Source: Kiritimatiellia bacterium (GTDB lineage: Bacteria > Verrucomicrobiota > Kiritimatiellia > UBA8416 > JAWODU01). From it: a stretch of 63,500 nucleotides of DNA. The stretch is taken from contig JAWODU010000027.1 of NCBI GenBank assembly GCA_046483125.1, positions 1-63,500 on the forward strand, in the 5' to 3' direction. The notes beneath the pieces are model-generated. The model was not told the DNA's origin. It made no database searches and was given only the letters and a program-made list of their open reading frames with translations. Positions within the stretch are counted from its first letter, which is position 1. Every line of letters begins with the position of its first letter. The position numbers and the translations under genes are program-made. Positions 58,115 through 63,500 of the stretch are shown piece after piece.

Positions 58115-59698
58115 TTATTTCCTCTTTTTCCGCGTTCTTTTCCGTCCGGACGGCAATTGCCCGGCAGATGAATCCTCACTGAGCGCCACGGCGCGATTAA
58201 CACACGAGAGGTACGCCTTGACGCTCGCTTCTATGATGTCCGTGCTGGCCGCTTTTCCGGCAAACACGTCGGAGCCTATCAACATTCGAAGGCTTACTTC
58301 TCCCATCGCGTCTTTACCTACAGTTACTGCCTGTATGGAATAATCCACCAGTTTGCCCTGTTGACCGCTTATCCTGTCTATGGTCTTGAAGGCCGCGTCC
58401 ACGGGGCCGTCACCTGCGGCCGCTTCCTGAAAGATATCCTTGCCTTTCTTCAAGCGGACCGTTGCGGTAGGAATGGTGCCCGTTCCGGCCGAAACGTGAA
58501 GGTAATCCAGTACGTACGTCTCCGACGGCTCAAACATCTCTTCATGCGCAATCGTCAAGAGATCGCTGTCGTAGACGTGTTTCTTCTTGTCGGCTACTTC
58601 CTTGAACCTGCAGTACAGCCGTTCCATTTCGGCAGAGTTCGGTTTAATGCCGAGTTCAGTGAGCCGGTGCCGTACGGCGTGGCGGCCTGAATGCTTTCCC
58701 AGAACAATGTCCGTGCCCGGTATGCCTATATCCTCGGCACGCATGATTTCGTACGTCCTGCGCTCCTTGAGCATACCGTCCTGGTGAACACCCGCCTCGT
58801 GCGCGAAAGCGTTTGCTCCGACAATCGCCTTGTTGCGCTGTACGGTCAGCCCCGTAATGCGGCTTACCATCCTGCTTATCTTGTATATGCGATCGGTTTT
58901 GACCGCCGTTTCGACGCCGGCAAAATGGTCGGATCTCGTCTTGACGGCCATCACTATTTCTTCCAGCGCCGCGTTTCCGGCACGCTCGCCTATGCCGTTT
59001 ACAGTGCACTCGATTCCCCGCGCGCCGTTTTCGACGGCGGCAAGGGAGTTGGCCACTGCCAGCCCCAGGTCATTGTGACAGTGAACACTGATTACCGCCT
59101 CATTGATGTTGGATACGTGTTCATACAAATAGGCGATCAGGTTCCCGAACTCACTGGGAATGGCGTACCCCACGGTGTCGGGGATATTCACCGTTCCCGC
59201 CCCGGCGCCTATCACGGCCTTTACGACCTCGGCCAGGAAATCCGGTTCTGTGCGCGAAGCATCCTCGGGGCTGAACTCAACATCGTCACAGAAAGTACGG
59301 GCGTATTTAACGGACGATACTGCCTGTTTCAGGATCTCGGCCCTGGCTTTTCTGAGTTTGTACTTCCGATGTATGCGGGAAGTTGCCAGGAAAACGTGTA
59401 TTCTGGACTTCCGCGCGGGCCCCACGGCCTCCGCACAGCGTTCAATGTCCCTGTTCACGCACCGGGCCAGTCCGGCCACGGCCGGTCCTTTCACTGTCGC
59501 GGCAACGTCCCGCACGGCCTGAAAATCCCCTTCCGAAGCGATCGGGAAACCTGCTTCAATGATATCCACTCCGAGTTTAGCGAGCTCCCTGGCCAGTTCG
59601 ACTTTTTCCCTGTGTGTCATGCTGGCGCCCGGGGACTGCTCGCCGTCCCTCAACGTGGTATCAAATATAATAATTCGTTCTTTCTTCTTCGCGTTCAT
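58115..59698 (-). CDS. leuA: 2-isopropylmalate synthase
   Basis: DTTLRDGEQSPG, HCHNDLG, GERAGN, C-terminal regulatory domain GDGPVDA. Confidence 0.97.
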   Translation of the reverse strand: MNAKKKERIIIFDTTLRDGEQSPGASMTHREKVELARELAKLGVDIIEAGFPIASEGDFQAVRDVAATVKGPAVAGLARCVNRDIERCAEAVGPARKSRIHVFLATSRIHRKYKLRKARAEILKQAVSSVKYARTFCDDVEFSPEDASRTEPDFLAEVVKAVIGAGAGTVNIPDTVGYAIPSEFGNLIAYLYEHVSNINEAVISVHCHNDLGLAVANSLAAVENGARGIECTVNGIGERAGNAALEEIVMAVKTRSDHFAGVETAVKTDRIYKISRMVSRITGLTVQRNKAIVGANAFAHEAGVHQDGMLKERRTYEIMRAEDIGIPGTDIVLGKHSGRHAVRHRLTELGIKPNSAEMERLYCRFKEVADKKKHVYDSDLLTIAHEEMFEPSETYVLDYLHVSAGTGTIPTATVRLKKGKDIFQEAAAGDGPVDAAFKTIDRISGQQGKLVDYSIQAVTVGKDAMGEVSLRMLIGSDVFAGKAASTDIIEASVKAYLSCVNRAVALSEDSSAGQLPSGRKRTRKKRK

Positions 59699-59716
59699 TT
59701 ACTTCTTCCTTATGTC

Positions 59717-59882
59717 CCGACCTTCGGCGAACATGGTTCGCCTCCTGCATGTACGCGTGAGGACACGCGTTACTACACCTTCCGGCGTTGTAGTAGCGGG
59801 TGTCCTCACCCGCATCCTGTATCTCCCATCTTAATCCCAATCTTAATCATAATCTTAATCTATCTCCCTCCGTCCTCCGTCA
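59717..59882. repeat. Composite element copy 2: REP core followed by hexamer and heptamer tracts, between ilvN and leuA
   Basis: CCGACCTTCGGCGAACATGGTTCGCC...GTAGTAGCGGGTGTCCTCACCCGC, then (TAATCY)n and CCGTCCT. Confidence 0.9.
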
Positions 59883-60368
59883 TCCCTCTTCTCTTCCCTG
59901 CGCCAGGGCAATTACTCCGGTCCGCGATATTTCCAGTATCCGGTAGGGTTTGAGGAGGTTTATAAAGTCCTCGATCTTGTCCTGTTCTCCGGCTATCTGA
60001 ATGCTGACCGATTTCTGTTTGACCGCGACAACCTTGGCCTCGAAAAGACCCGCCAGTTCAACAATCTGGGGCCTGTTTTTCGATGAAGCCGCAACTTCAA
60101 CCAGCACAAGTTCCCTGTTAAGGTGCCGTTTCCTGGTGAGATCGGTTACCTTCACCACATCCAGCAGTTTGTTAAGCTGTTTTGTAACCTGGTCCAGAAC
60201 CCGGTCGTCACCCGGAACCTTGATCGTCATCCTTGAAAGCGTGGCGTCGTGAGTCGGCGCGACATTCAGGCTTTCTATATTATACCCGCGCCCGGAAATT
60301 ATGCTGACTATCCGGGCCAGAACACCGGGCTTGTTTTCCACAAGCATTGTTATTACGTGTTTCATCAA
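59880..60368 (-). CDS. ilvN: Acetolactate synthase small (regulatory) subunit
   Basis: VENKPGVLAR, RGYNIESL, KQLNKL, ISRTG. Confidence 0.95.
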   Translation of the reverse strand: MMKHVITMLVENKPGVLARIVSIISGRGYNIESLNVAPTHDATLSRMTIKVPGDDRVLDQVTKQLNKLLDVVKVTDLTRKRHLNRELVLVEVAASSKNRPQIVELAGLFEAKVVAVKQKSVSIQIAGEQDKIEDFINLLKPYRILEISRTGVIALAQGREEG

Positions 60369-60415
60369 TAACTCCGATCTCTCGTTTCACCGCTTTAACG
60401 GTTTTTAACGATTCC

Positions 60416-62143
60416 CTACGCCATGCTCTGTATCATTTCCATTAACGAAGCACCCGGAGGAACCATTGGATACACATTTTCATTCTCCCTTACCATGCAT
60501 TCAACCACAACGGGGCCATTCGTATTTATGGCTTCCGTAAGGGCATCGTTGAGCTTCTCCTTTTCGGTCACTCTTACGCCCGCGGCGCCGTGCGCTTCGG
60601 CCAGTTTTACAAAATCCGGCAGATAGCCGCCGGATTTAGCAGTCAGCTTCTCCATTTTCGACCGCATCGACTGCCCGAGCCGCGTGGCCGAACATTCATT
60701 ATTGTAAAACATCTCCTGCCACTGGCGCACCATGCCCAGGTAGCCGTTGTTCAGTATAACAATGTTTATCGGGAGACAATGCTCCACGGCCACGACCAGT
60801 TCCTGGAAATTCATCTGTATGCTTCCATCGCCCGCAATCGCTATAACGGTAGCGTCGGGAACCGCCGTCTGCGCGCCTATCGCCGCCGGCAGGCCGTACC
60901 CCATGGTTCCCAGTCCGCCCGAAGACAGAAAGGTGCGCGGCCTGGTATACTTGTAAAACTGGGCCGCCCACATCTGGTGCTGGCCGACATCCGTCACTAC
61001 AACTGCATTACCGTCTGTAACATTGTAGAGTTCTTCCACAACGTGCTGGGGAACCATGTCGGTTGTCGAGCGGTCGTAGTCAAAAGGATAATCCTTCTGC
61101 CACGCGCCTGTTTCTTCCAGCCATTCCGACCGGTCGGTTTGCTCAACCTGTCCGGCCAGCTTGCTCAGAACATGCTTTACATCGCCCACGACCGGAATAT
61201 CGGTCTTGACGCTCTTGTCGATGGCTGACGGATCTATGTCTATATGAGCTTTTACCGCGTGCGGCGCGAATTCCGAGATCTTTCCCGTGACCCGGTCGTC
61301 AAATCTGGCGCCTGCCGATATGAGCAGGTCGCACCCGCTCACAGCGCGGTTTGCCGCCACACTGCCGTGCATCCCCAGCATCCTCAGGGCCAGGGGGTCG
61401 GTTTCGGGGAAAGCTCCCAGGCCCAGCAGGGTAGTGGTTACCGGGATGCGCGCCGTACGCGCAAGCGCCGTGAGTTCTTCGGACGCTCCAGACGAAATTA
61501 TGCCGCCGCCCGCGTAAATCAGCGGTTTACGCGACTTGTTTATGGCCTGGGCCAGTCGTGATATCTGCCTGGGATGGCCCGTGGCCGACGGTTTGTATCC
61601 GCGTATGTCGATTTCCGAAAGAGCCGGAGGTACGACATCCGTATCCGCCTGCTGAATATCCTTGGGAATATCAACAACCACTGGCCCGGGTTTGCCGCTG
61701 GCCGCAACATGAAAGGCCTCTACGATCGTACGCGGCAGGTCGCGGACGTCCTTAACCAGGTAATTGTGCTTGGTAACCGTACGGGTAATTCCCGTAGTGT
61801 CCGCTTCCTGGAAAGCGTCATTGCCTATCATTCCCGAAGGTACCTGTCCGGTCAGACAGACCAGCGGTATTCCGTCCATGTTCGCGGTTGCCAGTCCCGT
61901 AACCGTGTTGGTGGCGCCCGGTCCCGAGGTGGCGATACAACAACCGACTTTACCCGACGCGCGGGCGTAGCCGTCGGCCATGTGCGTGGCGCCCTGTTCG
62001 TGGCGCGCGAGCACGAAACGAAACGGCGCGTGGTACAGGCGGGCAAATATGTCCAGTACGGACCCGCCGGGTATCCCGAATATCGTGTCTACTCCCGCCT
62101 TCTCCAGGGCTTCTATAACACTGTCTGCGCCCTTTTTCTTCAT
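60416..62143 (-). CDS. ilvB: Acetolactate synthase large subunit
   Basis: RHEQGA, TSGPGATN, GDGSIQMN ThDP motif; GGAGG RBS before ATG 62143. Confidence 0.97.
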   Translation of the reverse strand: MKKKGADSVIEALEKAGVDTIFGIPGGSVLDIFARLYHAPFRFVLARHEQGATHMADGYARASGKVGCCIATSGPGATNTVTGLATANMDGIPLVCLTGQVPSGMIGNDAFQEADTTGITRTVTKHNYLVKDVRDLPRTIVEAFHVAASGKPGPVVVDIPKDIQQADTDVVPPALSEIDIRGYKPSATGHPRQISRLAQAINKSRKPLIYAGGGIISSGASEELTALARTARIPVTTTLLGLGAFPETDPLALRMLGMHGSVAANRAVSGCDLLISAGARFDDRVTGKISEFAPHAVKAHIDIDPSAIDKSVKTDIPVVGDVKHVLSKLAGQVEQTDRSEWLEETGAWQKDYPFDYDRSTTDMVPQHVVEELYNVTDGNAVVVTDVGQHQMWAAQFYKYTRPRTFLSSGGLGTMGYGLPAAIGAQTAVPDATVIAIAGDGSIQMNFQELVVAVEHCLPINIVILNNGYLGMVRQWQEMFYNNECSATRLGQSMRSKMEKLTAKSGGYLPDFVKLAEAHGAAGVRVTEKEKLNDALTEAINTNGPVVVECMVRENENVYPMVPPGASLMEMIQSMA

Positions 62144-62162
62144 GTCAACGTCCTCCATTAAC

Positions 62163-62194
62163 AAAAAACCCATCGCATTATGGCGCGATGGGTT
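62163..62194 (-). terminator. Attenuator terminator upstream of ilvB
   Basis: Minus strand AACCCATCGC-GCCATAAT-GCGATGGGTT-TTTT. Confidence 0.9.
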
Positions 62195-62221
62195 GATTCA
62201 TTAAAGCGTCTGAAAGGGGTC

Positions 62222-62335
62222 TTATGACCCGATTCCCATCGCGACGCGTGCCGGCCGCACAAGGCGCACCACGAGCACCCGCAGTACCACGGATACTACG
62301 ACAGCCGCCGTCACGATGGAAAGACTCGTATTCAT
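62222..62335 (-). CDS. ilv/leu operon leader peptide (37 aa)
   Basis: MNTSLSIVTAAVVVSVVLRVLVVRLVRPARVAMGIGS*: 11 Val, 4 Leu, 2 Ile; its 3' end carries CGCGATGGG, complementary to the terminator 5' arm. Confidence 0.9.
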   Translation of the reverse strand: MNTSLSIVTAAVVVSVVLRVLVVRLVRPARVAMGIGS

Positions 62336-62345
62336 TACGGGCGGA

Positions 62346-62375
62346 ATCCTAATGCATGCACCTCCCGGCCGTCAA
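62346..62375 (-). promoter_or_regulatory. Putative sigma70 promoter of the ilv leader
   Basis: TTGACG-18 bp-TAGGAT, ending ~10 bp before the leader ATG. Confidence 0.55.
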
Positions 62376-62753
62376 CCCCCTTTTTGAAGGTTTGGGGCAG
62401 GGGGGCGTGCGCCCGCGCCACGCGGGTCGGAGCGCGGAGTCCGGAGCGCGGGCGAGGTTCGGGTTTTCTGGGTTCTGCTTGTTCCCTTCCCCCCGCGTCG
62501 CTGGCGGCGACTGGAGGTAGCACTGCGCCGCCGGACGCGATGCAAGGGGAGCAGAGCAGGAGAGACGTTGTCGGTAGTCGCTGGACGATTACGGGCGATC
62601 CCGTGACCACGTTGTCACGTGGAACGGGACTCACGTGGCGATTACGGACCACGAGGACAATCGTCCTAATCGTCAATCGTAATCGTCGCCCGTAATCGTC
62701 ATCCGAAATGGAAAAGTAGGCCAGGTGTGGGGACTAAGTGTCCCTTCTCCCCG

Positions 62754-63010
62754 AATCTTAATCCCAATCTTAATCCCAATCTTAATCTCTCGCTCCGTCG
62801 TCTGTCCTCCGTCCTCCGTCCTCTGTCATCTGTCGTCCGTCCGACCTTCGGCGAACATGGTTCGCCTCCTACATGTACGCGTGAGGACACGCGTTACTAC
62901 ACCTTCCGATCGTTGTAGTAGTAGCGGGTGTCCTCACCCGCAGGGCTTCCGTAGGAGCCGATCCCCCGATCGGCGAAGGTCCAGTTGTAGTAGTGGGTGT
63001 CTCACCCGCA
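62754..63010. repeat. Composite element copy 3 with two additional GTAG-REP units
   Basis: Hexamer tract, heptamer tract, core 62841-62942, then GTAGGAGCCGATCCCCCGATCGGC and GTAGTAGTGGGTGTCTCACCCGC. Confidence 0.9.
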
Positions 63011-63096
63011 TCTCCCATCCTGCATAGATATTTCCCTGTCTCAGGACTTGTTTTTTCCCGACCGGAATGGTATAAATACAAAAGTGTGAGGTTATT

Positions 63097-63441
63097 ATGA
63101 CTTGTCACCGTAAAACACTATATCTCCTGGCCGCCTGCGCAACGGCTTGGGCCGTTGAGGCACGAGGACTGGCGCCAGTCCAGAAACCTGATTTTTCGCG
63201 GTACCAGGAAATTCTGACAAAAATGCCTTTCGGAAAACCGCCGCCCCCGAAACCGGATCCCAGGCCCCAGCCAACAAGGCGTCCCGAACATTCTTTCGTG
63301 GAACAGCTCCGAATGTGCGCTATTACCCAGGATGCAAGGGGTACGCGGGTGGGATTTGAAAAGAAGGGCAAAGGCGGCAAGGCCTATTTTCTGTATGTGG
63401 GCCAGAGCAAGGACGGCTACGAGGTGCTTGAGGCGGATTTT
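63097..63441 (+). CDS. Secreted hypothetical protein, 5' part (possibly GspC-like)
   Basis: Manual translation MTCHRKTLYLLAACATAWAVEA...FSRYQEILTKMPFGKPPPP...YFLYVGQSKDGYEVLEADF; signal peptide; no stop before the window end. Confidence 0.6.
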
Positions 63442-63500
63442 GCGCTCGCGCACTCGTCGGGCTACCGCTGCATGATGAGCCACCGCTCGGGTGAGACCGA
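63442..63500 (+). other. eno: Enolase C-terminal fragment joined in frame
   Basis: ALAHSSGYRCMMSHRSGET contains the enolase signature SHRSGET. Confidence 0.8.

Noticed and set aside
52320-63010. CRISPR array
   Set aside because: The repeats are dispersed by kilobases with no regular unique spacers and no cas genes
63118-63483. 121-aa minus-strand ORF
   Set aside because: Antisense to the plus-strand ORF that has a signal peptide and the enolase signature

Overview
Bacterial DNA, probably from a PVC-superphylum organism (Kiritimatiellota/Lentisphaerota-like, inferred from gene content). The left end is a decayed integrative element: the 3' half of a tRNA-Pro, a deleted serine recombinase and an XRE regulator. 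It carries a tightly coupled 7-gene operon: three TPR proteins (one with a probable outer-membrane barrel), a PilZ-less BcsA-like GT2 synthase, a GH26 lipoprotein and two half-ferritin-like proteins. This looks like an uncharacterised synthase-dependent exopolysaccharide system. The middle (8-47 kb) is a carbohydrate-processing accessory region with several pseudogenes, an ECF sigma/FecR pair and a RAYT transposase. It also holds four paralogous DUF6067-like proteins in long/short pairs, one pair co-transcribed with an AlgI/AlgJ/AlgX-like O-acylation module that has no synthase. The right end is housekeeping (pilD, aroE, leuA, ilvN, ilvB) with an unannotated Val/Leu/Ile leader-peptide attenuator, plus composite GTAG-REP/microsatellite elements. 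The last ~59 bp switch in frame into enolase sequence, which suggests a chimeric end. All family calls come from reading motifs by eye; no searches were run.
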